A stretch of 64,000 nucleotides of DNA from Dipteris shenzhenensis (Eukaryota): assembly GCA_047967505.1 (NCBI GenBank), contig CM106538.1, one strand, 5' to 3'. Below, in pieces: positions 14,301 to 25,556 of the stretch (position 1 is the first letter of the stretch; every line of letters starts with the position of its first letter). The notes below the pieces were generated by a model, which did not search any database, was not told where the DNA came from, and was given only the letters and a program-made list of their open reading frames with translations. Both the position numbers and the translations under genes were made by a program.

Positions 14301-14880
14301 TCCAGAAGAGGACTTCTGCCCATTCAAGCAAGAGGGAGTGTCATGACAAGAGAAATCACTAATCTGTGATTAGTAGACATTAAAACACTTGTATTTGTAT
14401 TTATGATGAACACCGACCGATTTGTTATAGCAGTGGATCATCTGAGTAGATAGGACTAGTCGAGCTGGAGCCACTGCTTCAGACAGCATCGAATTTGGAC
14501 ATGTGATACTTATTCTATTAATAAAAATGTGCACACACGTGTCTAGGTCCTAGGGGCAATAGGAAGGGAAGGGTGCATTAAGGTGCATTGAATGGTAAAT
14601 GCATGGGTCATAGGCTAAGGGTAGGTGTAAATGGGAAGATGGAACTTGAGTGATCTCAAGGGACATTAATGAAAGGGTATCACGCTTTCATTGTGAATCT
14701 CACGTTGCATTCTCTCTACCACATTGCATTCATCCGTCATCTCTCTCCCACCTTGCATGTAGGTCGAAATAGAAACAAGTACTCTCACGAGGGCGCTTTT
14801 CCCCATTGGAGGGCCAATCGGCATTCAAATTCTGCATGCATTGCACACATTTGCATTCTCGAAAAGTGTCGATTTTCACA
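11311..14880 (+). mobile_element. Gag-only (TR-GAG-like) non-autonomous Gypsy-type LTR element
   Basis: LTRs at 11311-11881 and 14339-14880 (TG..CA); PBS TGGTATCAGAG at 11884; PPT AAGAGGGAG; TSD TACTC on both sides. Confidence 0.93.
12505..13785 (+). pseudogene. Retrotransposon gag with in-frame stops and no downstream pol
   Basis: EFPKYDG..ILNWI..ALMWW capsid-like motifs; atypical knuckle CFGCKKHKPGHPWHKC; no protease or RT motif before the PPT. Confidence 0.8.
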
Positions 14881-15700
14881 TACTCAGCACCTTCGGGGCT
14901 GCTGTCTTGTATGAAAATCTTTCAAGCATTAATAGAAGGTTCCTTTCTTTGGGGAAAAAATAAAAATAAAAAAATAGAGAGTGCCCTTAGAATAGTCAAC
15001 ACTTGTGGGATCCTCTGATCCACATCTCTCCTTGTGGATATCCTTGATCCACATCTCCACATCTTGATCCACATCTCCACATCATGTAGTCCACATCCTA
15101 GGGTGGCTACTTTAATTCTTTCCTATACCATACCTTAGCCTTTAATCTATGTGCTCATGGCACCATATCTCAACAAGCAGCTTGGAAGCCACCAATGACA
15201 AAATAAAAGGCTTTTTTGAATGATAAAGTTGAGGCATAATTGTAAATATCTAAATGTATGATTTGGAATATGGTAGTGCTCCTAGAGCATAAAGTGAGAA
15301 AAGGCTAAGCGTGTTGCTTTCCAATGCAACAAGATTCACAAATATCCTTTTGAAAATAGACTCGAGGAAGGCCTTGAACCATGTTTATCTATTTCAGTGA
15401 AATTAAGCATTTGAAACTGCCATAATTTGCTTAGATAAGCATCTTTGTGCAAATATGTTGTGCCATACTTCACTTAGATAAGCATCTTGGTATTCCGATG
15501 AGGAGTTGTCAACGCTCTTCTTTCTATTTTGTCTCATTTTGCTATGATCTTGTGTGAAATGTACAACTCACGGGCTGTTCAATCCAACTTAAGACTAACT
15601 CCACATCTCTTTTAGTCATTTGGCTAACTCAGACGAGATTTTGTGCCCTTATCAGAACAAACAAAACTCCTCCTATGCTTTGTGCATTGCCTTCATCACT

Positions 15701-17010
15701 ATGATATGATATGATATGATTGTATTAACGTCTGCTTGAGACCTTTTGATATATTGTGGGTATTTGCTTAGCTAACTAGTATGCTAGCTCGAGGACTTTG
15801 TTGCGGTGTAAGTCTCCTAACTTTCTTGGTTAGTTTTTCCAAGAGGAATTTTAGGTTGTCAGTACTGCTAATTATTTTTTCCCTAATGTATGCATAGGCT
15901 CGACAATGTAGGAGAACGCGTTGCTCATTTTCTACCTCCCCTATGGGACAGATTTTGCAGATTCTTGTGTCCCTTAGGATCCCGGATCTTGCCCACCTGC
16001 CTCTTTCCACCTCTAGATCATGTGAGCTGGTCCTTGTGTTGCAGATTAAATGCCTTTTAAACAATGATATATTCTCCGTAAGGTAACTTTTCTCACCATA
16101 TTCCATTGGATTAATTTCCTGTTTGTAATCTGGGTCTTACCATATTTTCTGTAGCATTTTCTGTGTGACTAAATTTCTGATTTTTCCCATGTTGTTTGGA
16201 ATGTCAGCAGCACGTATGCCCCATAACTCCGTTCATTTCCCCCCTCCCTATGCCATCCAATGGTCTTTCTAGCCTCTATTGCTTTGCGTAGGATCCTGCT
16301 TGCATCCATCTTCTCAAGCTTACTGACGTAGACCATGTATTGGCATAGTGCTCCCCCTTTCATAGTGCTCCCCCTTTCAGAGGTATCATACCAATCTTAG
16401 CCAGTAGGATGGAATAGGGTGTCTGTACCTTGGCCCCAAGTTGTCCTATGGGAAAGAGTTCATGTAATATCTCAATTCTTCTCGAGTAAACTCTGGAGAG
16501 CCCAGGGTGCCCAAGCTGGGCATTTATAGAGAATGACTGTTTGCTCAAGCATGGTGTACATGAGCTTTATCATTTCCTAGTTTCATAGGTCTGCCTTCTT
16601 GCAATTATTTGGAAGCCACGTAGAGCTTCCAAACCTCCTATTATTCTTCAAATTCCAACCCTAGATATTTGTATGAGGTGGTTGTGTCCAAAGGCTCCCA
16701 TTTGAATGTGAAGGCCATCTATTTATATCCAGTTCCAATTACCATTACTTCAGTCTTGGCAATGTTGGCCTGCATGCTTGAGTGTCTACAGAATTTGCCT
16801 AATGCATCCAAGTATGCTTGCATGTCCCTCGTCTTTGCAAAGAAGGCTATATCATCTACATGAATGAGCAATAATAGGATATATCCCACAACCCGGACTC
16901 CCTCCCTATTATCTAGCCTTATCCAATCTTCCAGTGCATCAATGAAAAGACCAAAGAGCAATGGTGAGAGAAGGCAGCCTTGCTTGACCCCTATGTCGCT
17001 ACTTATGTGA
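15701..17010 (-). mobile_element. 5'-truncated degenerate LINE of RTEX/L2-like type with an (ATCAT)n tail
   Basis: GVKQGCLLSPLLFGLFID; HVDDIA RT motif; C-terminal HDLEVERGRW..RICKICP..VENE..LLHC; pentanucleotide tail at 15701-15720. Confidence 0.8.
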
Positions 17011-18179
17011 ACTTTTCTCTGGATCCTGACCCATCTACTACTGGCTGCGCCAGCTCTGCCAGCACCCTCTCATATAGCCAGAACTTCGCTTCACTAAGTA
17101 CTTGGGGGAGTTTTATAGTTTTGTTTTAAGAGAAAAAGATATGTGAGCCTCTGAGAGGTACAGACGGTCATAACATCATATCATTAAAGGTAACCAAAGA
17201 TAATGCTACAGCAAACTCAGAAGTTGAGCTTCCTAAGGTCATTCTCCCGGCTGTTAACGCTCTTAGAGAATGAAGAATATCATAATTCATGCATTACTAG
17301 AAGTTTTGACTGCCAAACAGGGCAATATTCAATCACTACGATTGCCTCATCATACTGATCACTCTGTTAATCCTGGCGAACCACTTCTTTCTAAATTAAC
17401 AGGTCAATCAATAGACACAAAAATGTTTGAACTGGATGAAAGGATAATCGCCATCGCTCCAGATCTGACCTTGGATTCCAGATGGAAAACTTAAATAAAG
17501 AAAGGAAAATATGGAATGGAGGTATACTGGATGAAAGCAAGCTTAGTTCTAGAAATTGTTGATTTTGAATATGTATCTTAATTTAGCGACTAAGAAACCC
17601 AACAAATTTTCATGCATACGAGAGCCGGTTCCTTTCCTCTTTACAACTTCATCAGCAAAATACATGAATCCTCGAAAGCTAACCACAGGGCTGCGCATAA
17701 TTTGTGAGAAATATGAGAAATACAGAAAAGAAAGCGACTCACCGTCAGTCATCTCCAGCTCAAACGAAACTCCCGTCTGAAAGACACAAGCCCACATAGC
17801 AAGTTGATGAGCACGGTACGAAGGGAACGCTTAACATGGAATGGAATTGCGGGGGGCCGAAGCTGACCTTGGAAGTCGCGACGGCATGCGAGCGGGAGGT
17901 TGCTAAGGACTGGGTTGATAGAAAAGGTGCAAAATCGGAACCGAAATGCGAAGAGGGGAAAAGAGGAGAGTGGAAGGACCACATATTGGGGAGGATTGAG
18001 AAAGGAGGGAACAAGAAAGCGTGGGAAAGGGGAGGGGATGAGAGCAAGTTTGCAGGATTCATGTTGTTGAGGAACATTGAAGAATAGCTACTTTAAGTGG
18101 TGCCAGTGTCAATGGCTGCAACGTACCAGCCAATGCTTAGGCAGAGGATGCAATAATGAGCTCAAATGGAGGGCAGCAA

Positions 18180-18347
18180 ACAGGAGCCTGAGCTCAAACG
18201 GATGGCAGCACAGGAGCCTGCTATATGCTATGCTAGCTCTACTGCTCGCTTGCTCTCTTGTGAACAGGAGCCTGAGCTCAAACGGATGGCAGCACAGGAG
18301 CCTGCTATATGCTATGCTAGCTCTACTGCTCGCTTGCTCTCTTGTGA
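18180..18347. repeat. Perfect 84-bp tandem duplication
   Basis: ACAGGAGCCTGAGCTC...CTTGTGA at 18180-18263 and 18264-18347. Confidence 0.92.
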
Positions 18348-18729
18348 TTGCCTGAAGCTTTGGATAGGGAAGTGTCTGTCATTTGCAGCTACACAAAGTT
18401 GACGAGCTGCTGATTCAATGCTCCCCCTTGCTCCGAATTCTCGAACCCATGCTAGCGCCTAGTGATTTTAGCGATTTCTGAGTGTGCATAGCTCTTGTCT
18501 TTAAGCTCATGAACGTAGCTGTGATGATGGGCTTTCCTTTTCACGAGTAGATGATGGCTCTTTGGATACACGCTCCATTTGCAGGGATAAGCGTGGCAAG
18601 GGAACAACTCTAGGCCTACCCAAAATGGATGCCGCTGCTCACGATTATGCCGTTCTGCCTGCACAAATTTCAAAAGGCTCCTCCCTTCGTCAACACTTCT
18701 CAATCATCGATACGCCTATCATATCATAT

Positions 18730-19694
18730 CATCTACTTCTATACTTCTATACTATATATATCTATATCTATATCTATACTTCTATATCTATATCTATCTA
18801 TATGTATATCTATACTATTTCTTAAGAGGGAGGGCTTCACGAGAGGCTGCTACGCGGACGCCGATCCAACGTGGTAGGTATGTGGAGGTCTAGAGGGAGA
18901 AGGATGGAGGTTCGGTGGTGGTTTGGGAAGAGCAGAGGGGCGAGGGGTGCCACGTGCCAGACTATGTGGCGGAGGGGCAAACTGTGCAGCTGTCAGATTC
19001 GAAGCATGATGAGGGGGCAAAAAATCGAGCGTGGCAGACTATGTAGCGGAGGGACAGAAAGACTGTGCGGTTGTCAAATTCGACTCTGAGTAAATGGATG
19101 ATGAGGGGGCGCGACAGTGGCGGCATGACATGGCATGATGCAACATGGATCGAAAGAGGCAATCTGACAAGGTAGAGCTGAAACACGACACGTGGCCAAG
19201 GCAAAGGACAGAGAGCGAGTAGCCTAACACATGTAACTCCTGACATGCGAGCACGCATAACGAGATGGCGGAGGAGGGATGATGAGTCCACGTGGCGTCG
19301 TGAGTTGACGAAAGTAGTAGGCTACAGAGGCGAGGGCAGACTGTGCCTGCGCACTGCGGACTATGACACGTGGATTGTGAGACTAAGCACACGACAAGTG
19401 GCGTGCGAGTACTACGCGAAGACTACGGGCTGCAAGAGGACTATAAGATTGTGCGACGACGACAGACTGAGCAAGGACTGTAGGACAAAGAAGACGACAC
19501 GTGGCACACGAAGCCATACGCGACACACAAAGCAGACACCACGTGGCGATGCTCTGCTCGCGAGAGGTGCCCTATAATATATTAATATTATTTAAATTAT
19601 ATTATGTTATATATTAATAAACATATTATAATATTATAGTAAATACTTTGCATAATATATATACATATATATATATCTCTCATATTATATAATT

Positions 19695-19726
<32 letters not shown>

Positions 19727-19860
19727 AGGAGGAGAGATAAGAGAGGAGGGGAGAGAGAGACGAGAGAGAGACAGACAGATAGACAGATCAGACAAAGTGA
19801 CAGATCAGAGTGATAGAGAGAGAGCGTGAAAGAGGGACGAGAGAGAGAGGGAGAAGGAAG

Positions 19861-19929
<69 letters not shown>

Positions 19930-20308
19930 GAGAGAGAGAGAGAGCAGAGAGAGAGAGAGAGAGCACAGAGAGAGAGAGAGAGACAGAGAGAGACAGAGAT
20001 AGAGGAAGAGAGAGAGAGAGAGCAGAGAGAGAGAGAGAGCAGAGAGAGGAAAGAGTGAGAGAGATGGGCAAGAGGAGAGAGAGAGAGATATATATTATAA
20101 GATATTTATTTATGTTTTAAGATTTAGTGTTTTGTGTCTATGTGAGCGTGCGCGTGTTGTTATTTATATGTTTTTCTCAAATTTTCTTAAAATTCCTCAA
20201 ACTTTTATAAATGAAACCTTAAATTTTATTAAAGGCAATAGATGAGACCCAACCAAGCGGATCTCTAGCTCATCGTAAACGGATCAGGTTACTCATGTGT
20301 ATAATGGA
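18730..20308 (+). mobile_element. Possible Helitron 5' terminal region, non-coding
   Basis: Stuttered TCTATACT/TCTATA repeats ending TCTATACTATTTCTTAAGAG, then a CACGTG-rich segment. No 3' hairpin plus CTAG found. Confidence 0.45.
19695..20092. repeat. (TA)n followed by a long imperfect (GA)n microsatellite
   Basis: Direct inspection. Confidence 0.95.
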
Positions 20309-20630
20309 CACTAGTAGAGAACTCGGCATTAGGCTGGTTTCACAAACGGGCACCCACAAGTCCTAAGACAAGTGCTTAGTCAATGAAAAAATGCAAGAGG
20401 CTCATGTCCATTCACAGACGGGTGGACACCTTATGTGGAATAGGTGATAAGGCAGCTGACTCATGTCCGCATGTGAAGATAACCAAAATTATAACTTAAA
20501 GTTTGCATTTATTAGAAATACTTAATTCTGTCCGCCTTGTGTGAATTAAAGGCAGACATCCTCTTCGAAACAGCTCGGATGTCTATGCCCTCATTTTTCA
20601 TGGGCGCCGGATGTTTGTGAAACCACCCTT
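20309..20630 (+). mobile_element. Probable CACTA left TIR and subterminal repeats
   Basis: CACTAGTAGAGAA followed by repeated TGTCCG/GGACA/AGACA motifs in both orientations; a CACTA transposase lies downstream at 39.5-43.8 kb. Confidence 0.6.
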
Positions 20631-21624
20631 AGTAGGGGATTCCCGAGTACAATACCTAGTTTTCGAGCCTTTTCACATGAGAGGGGTGGTTTGCAAACCT
20701 AGTGGGCACTAGAAAACCAGGATAGATTCATGCATGAGGGTTTTCCACCAAAATCCTAGTTGCTCCTCGAGCCAATAGGAAAACCAGCTTCTGGTAACCT
20801 TGACAGAACCTGGTGGGTGCCAACATACAAGGATAGATTCATCCGCAAGGGTTTTCCACCAAAAACTTGGTTGCTCCTCGAGCAAATAGAAAAACCAATT
20901 TCTAGCCATCCTTGATAGGGACAAAGTCCAGTATAGAGTATAGATTTATCCATAACATGTCCCAAGGTCCTCAAGGGGTAGCAAAATGCCATAGGGAGGT
21001 AATCCCAATGGCAAACTAAGGAGAGTGAACCAGCTTTATCATAACACATTCATCATTATCACCTCCCCATAACAAACTGAGGAGAGTGAACCAGCTTCAT
21101 CCATAACACATTCACCCATTACTTCTACCCCACTGTCCTCGAGGGGTAGGATAATGCCATGGGAAGGTAATCCCCCCAATTTCCTCCCGTTTAAATCAAT
21201 GTCGAAGGAAGCAAGAGCAAATGCATAGGCACCATGTCGATAGTGCGATTGCATGGAAGGTGATGGCAAAGTGACAAAAGAGCCACAGCAACACAAGTAA
21301 TACGATGGGTTGACATGTTAATGGCATCACCATGTGGGGCATGGGCAACACATCACATCAAGAAACAACAATACGAATTTTAAGGCTTGTATTCTTGATG
21401 AGAAGGCCACCAAATCTAATGGTCCAAATCTAGGCTCCTGCGCGAGTGTGGCCTTGATAGCCTTAAGGGAGACCCTTGGGTAAAGACCAGTTGGTGACAT
21501 GTTTAATTGTTCTCTTTGTGCCAACATGGACTTAGGTAGAACAGAATGTGTGTGTAGAGTAGAGGCAAAGCTCCGCTTGTACTTGCATAAGGCTAGAAAT
21601 AATCCCTCTTAGAAATCCAAGTTG

Positions 21625-21975
21625 CATGTTCTACATGCAAGTTCTACATACAATTCCTACATGCAACTCCTACATGCGAGTTCCACATACGACTTCTACA
21701 TACAACTCCTCCATGCAACTCCTACATGCAGGTTGTACATGTGAGTTCTACATGCAAGTTCTACATACGACTTGTACATGCGAGTTGTACATGCAAGTTC
21801 TACATACGACTTGTACATGCGAGTTGTACATGCAAGTTCTACATACGACTTCTACATACGACTTCTACATACAACTCCTACATGCGAGTTCTACATGCAA
21901 GTTGTACATGCGAGTTCTACATGCAAGTTCTACATACGACTTCTACATGCAACTTCTATATGCAAGTTCTACATG
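21625..21975. repeat. 13-bp minisatellite (CATGCAAGTTCTA and variants)
   Basis: More than 20 units such as CATGCAAGTTCTA, CATACGACTTGTA, CATGCGAGTTGTA. Confidence 0.92.
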
Positions 21976-22424
21976 TAGAGAGAGAATGTGTTACAATTCC
22001 TACATCCAGAGAGAGAAGCTCTCCAACTTGTATAAATACCCCATAATGGAATGAAGCCCACACTCTTTGGGGCATTGTGTTGAGTTCTACTTTGGTATTC
22101 CAAGCAATTGTCTCAAGTGTCCATGCTTCCTTGTACTCCACGTCCAAAAGCATGTCCTAACCTTACAACTCCTCCTCCCCTCTCCTCCAACCTTGCAACC
22201 CATCCTCTCCCTCTCCTCCTCCTTCCTCCTCTTCCTCCTCCCTCTTCCTCCTCCTCCTCCCTCCTCCTCCTCCTCCTCCTCCTCCTCCCTCCTCTCTCTT
22301 CTTTCCCCCATGCTCTTACACCTTCTTCCTCTCCCACTCCTATGCCTCCCCTAAACCCTTTGTTCCTCAACCCTTAAACTCCATGATCTACGAGGGAGAC
22401 GAGTTCTCCACCATGTACTCTACC

Positions 22425-22625
22425 CTGGACCTTGGATCCTCCTTCTAACCCTGGAACTCCTTCTAGACCTTGAAACTCCTTTTAAACCTTGGAACTCCTT
22501 TTAAACCTTGGGACTCCTTCTAACCCTGAAACCTCCTTCTAAACCTTGGAACTCCTTCTAACCATGGAACTCCTTCTAAACCTTGGAACCTCCTTCTAAC
22601 CTTTAAACTCCTCCTAAACCCTGTA
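22425..22625. repeat. About 21-bp tandem repeat (GGAACTCCTTCTAAACCTT)
   Basis: About 9 imperfect units; preceded by (CCT)n at about 22200-22290. Confidence 0.85.
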
Positions 22626-23529
22626 ACCCCCAAGGAAGACGAAAGTCTTCATTACCTCAATCATGATGATACACGTTCCTTTTACACATGCATGCACTTT
22701 GTTTGCTTACCACACTTAAGCCTACGTCTCTCATCGAACACGACTCGAGGTCCTAAGCTACACATATACTACAACCGACAACCCCGATATATTTGTAGGT
22801 GACAAAAAGCCTTGGAACCCTGCATACTGAGAAAACCCTGCTCTTCCTACGAAAGCCGTAGGAAAGAGCCAACATTTGGCATCGCTGTCGGGGGGACTAG
22901 TGTTTCAAGTAATGAGTAAACATACGCAGGTATGTGTAAAAAAAACAAACTACTTTAAACTTTCACGAACATAATACTCAAGGGCAAGGAGAGTAAATTT
23001 TTTTCCCATTCTAGCCAAACATATCTACCCCAAGCATACTACCTTAAGAAATTTTCTTTATTTCTTAAATAGAAGCCACTTGCTTAATAATCAGGCTAGG
23101 TAGTGGACACGAATGCGTAGAGCTTGTAATTCCGATCATTTCACCTTTTGTAGAAGAGCAAACCGAGCTTTCCATAAAAAGTTACGGCTCAGGAAGAGTT
23201 TAGGAATTAACCCTAAACCTAAACTCATTTCCTATAAAAACCCACTCCACCCCCTCATTCTTCATCTTTACATTTTGCCTCCATCCTCTTCTTTATTCCG
23301 AGCCCCACGCAAGACACTCCTTCCTCTCCATCGACCACCACCTTACTCCCATCCTCACATGGTAAGTGACTTCGAGCCCATCTCGCAGCGATAACCTAGC
23401 CATCCACCCACTATCCATTGTTCCTCAACAATCCCGTTACATCGAGAAAGACTTGGAGAGCATTCAGGTGACCACCTCTTCCTGCCTTTGGATTTCCGTC
23501 CGTCAAGTTTTTTTTCTTCTCTCTTTTTT

Positions 23530-24053
23530 CCCCCTCCTATTTCCACCACCCCGTCCCCCCCTCTCCCACCCACCCCTCCCCCCCTCCCCCCTCCCCCCTC
23601 CATCTCCACCACCACTTCCCCCTTTCCCCCTCCATCTCCACCACCCCCTCCCCCTCCCCCATTTTCCCCCTCCCATCTCCACCACCCCCTTCCCCCTCCA
23701 TCTCCTTCTCCACCACCCCCACCTTCCCCTCCCCCCTTCCCCCCTCCCCCCTCATCTTCACCCCCCTCCTCCCTCCATCTCCACCACCCCCTCCCCCCCT
23801 CCATCTCCACCACCACCACCTTCCCCTCGCCCCTCCATCTCCACACCCCCTTTCCCCCCTCTCCCCTCCCCTCCTTCATCTCCACCACCCCCTTCCCCCT
23901 TCCCCCCCTCCATCTCCACCACCCCCTCCCCCCTCCATCTCCACCACCCCCTTCCCCCTTCCCTCCCCCCCTCCCACCCCCCCATCTCCCCCTCTCTCTT
24001 TCTTTCTCTCTCTCTTTCCCTCCCCCTCTCTCTTTATTTCTCTCTCTTTCCCT

Positions 24054-24114
<61 letters not shown>

Positions 24115-24143
24115 CCCTCTCTCTTTCTTTCTCTCTCTTTCCC

Positions 24144-24187
<44 letters not shown>

Positions 24188-24197
24188 TCCCCCTCTA

Positions 24198-24274
<77 letters not shown>

Positions 24275-24700
24275 CACCCCCCTCCCCCTCTCTGCTCTCC
24301 CCCTCCCCTCACCACAAACCCCCCAGGAGACTCGCCCGCCCCTACCCTGCAGCGCCGCCCCACCCCTTGCGCCTTGCCTTGTCGCCTGCGCCAACCTCGC
24401 CTCGTCGCCCGCCCTACCGCCTGCGCTCGTTCGCCTTCCTCCTCGCCTCGCCCACTGCGCTCCCGCAACCCCCTTCCCCTTCACGCTCCTTGCTCGCCCC
24501 CGCTCCTCTCCCCCCTGCCCTACACCCTCCGCCCCCTTCCCCTCTCCCCTCCCCTCCCCTGTGCCCCCTCGGTTCGCCCTCGTCCCCTCCCCCTCCCTCC
24601 CCTTGCGCCCCCCACCCCGCCACCGCATACACCCCTACCCCCATCCCCTCTCCCCTGCACCCCCCCCCTTGCTACGCCGCTGCCGATGAAGCCCCCCCCC
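23530..24700. repeat. C-rich low-complexity tract with (CT)n and CCATCTCCACCACC repeats
   Basis: Direct inspection; this explains the spurious Pro/Ser/Leu-rich ORFs. Confidence 0.92.
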
Positions 24701-24734
24701 CACAGTTTTATTATATTTTTTAAAAAACTAACGT

Positions 24735-24960
24735 AACCACTAAACTAACCTTAGGTTAGATTAACCTCGATTAGATTAGTCATACCTAGGTTAGGTTAGA
24801 TTGACCTAGGTTAGGCTAGGTTAGTTTAACCTTGGTTAGTTAATAACAGTTAGGTTAGTCTAACTAAACTTTAGTTACTAACTAACTGTAGTTAGTCAAC
24901 TTAGTTAGGTTAACCTCCCAGTTCCAGTAACTAGGTTAGTTAACCTAACTAGATTAACTT
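24735..24960. repeat. AT-rich TAACC/GGTTA/TTAG quasi-palindromic repeats
   Basis: Repeated GGTTAG and CTAAC units in both orientations. Confidence 0.75.
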
Positions 24961-25556
24961 GGCTCCAACCCCTCAGTTGGACTTAAAGTCCATTCACACC
25001 ACCCTTAGGAACCCCCCGCCTCCATAAAAAACAAACTTTACCCCTACTTTAACCCCTCGTAACTCATCCATTTGGGACCCAAACTGGACCCAGTTTGAAC
25101 CCAGATTTCACACACGAAAACACCATGCTATGGGGTATTTTTCCAGCCCATTGCACACCATTTTGGCATCCCTAGCACTCCCTCATTCGTGCCCCCGTGT
25201 GGGCCACGTTTCGCACAAATTCGTTCATATCTTCATGCAACGATCCGTCTACACCGGCACAGTTCCCTACACATGCAGGACAATCTTAAGCACATTCTTA
25301 GCACGATAGTCCCTGCACAAACTACCACCACTCTAACCCTCCCCATAAAACTTCATCCACCCTCGCACTTGTGTCAGAGACACCCTTGGCAAATCTCACC
25401 CAATCTGCATGCAGCTACATTCCGGCCAATGCCTCCAACTCCAACGCTCGCCACATCCGCATATAACTCCGCTGCAACCACCGCGCCCCGTCAATCCTCT
25501 ACCTCGAATGCCCCCCTGACATTCAATCACTCCCTTTAACTCCTCCACGCCCCAAC

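Larger units (their letters stand above)
10242..14973 (+). mobile_element. 5'-truncated L1-type LINE (ORF2 C-terminus, 3' UTR, poly-A)
   Basis: zf-RVT-like WLAAHGGLP..CHCC..ETIPHCMWSC (10475-10792); A-rich tail at 14955-14973; 14-bp TSD ATAGAGAGTGCCCT at 10228-10241 and 14974-14987. Confidence 0.88.
4866..15175 (-). mobile_element. Non-autonomous LTR element (5' LTR, PBS, non-coding leader) hosting nested insertions
   Basis: Minus-strand LTR TGTTGAGATATGGTGCC (15175) to TGTCA (10030), split by the LINE; PBS at 10029-10018; leader resembles 44069-44280 and 29584-30700. Confidence 0.8.

Noticed and set aside
19805-20071. ER/SL-repeat ORFs
   Set aside because: Translations of a (GA)n microsatellite.
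21626-22054. CRISPR-like array or repeat protein
   Set aside because: Contiguous 13-bp units with no unique spacers, no cas genes, and a eukaryotic context.
23355-24736. 400-450 aa Pro-rich extensin- or formin-like ORFs
   Set aside because: They arise from C-rich and (CT)n low-complexity DNA that is open in several frames and both strands.
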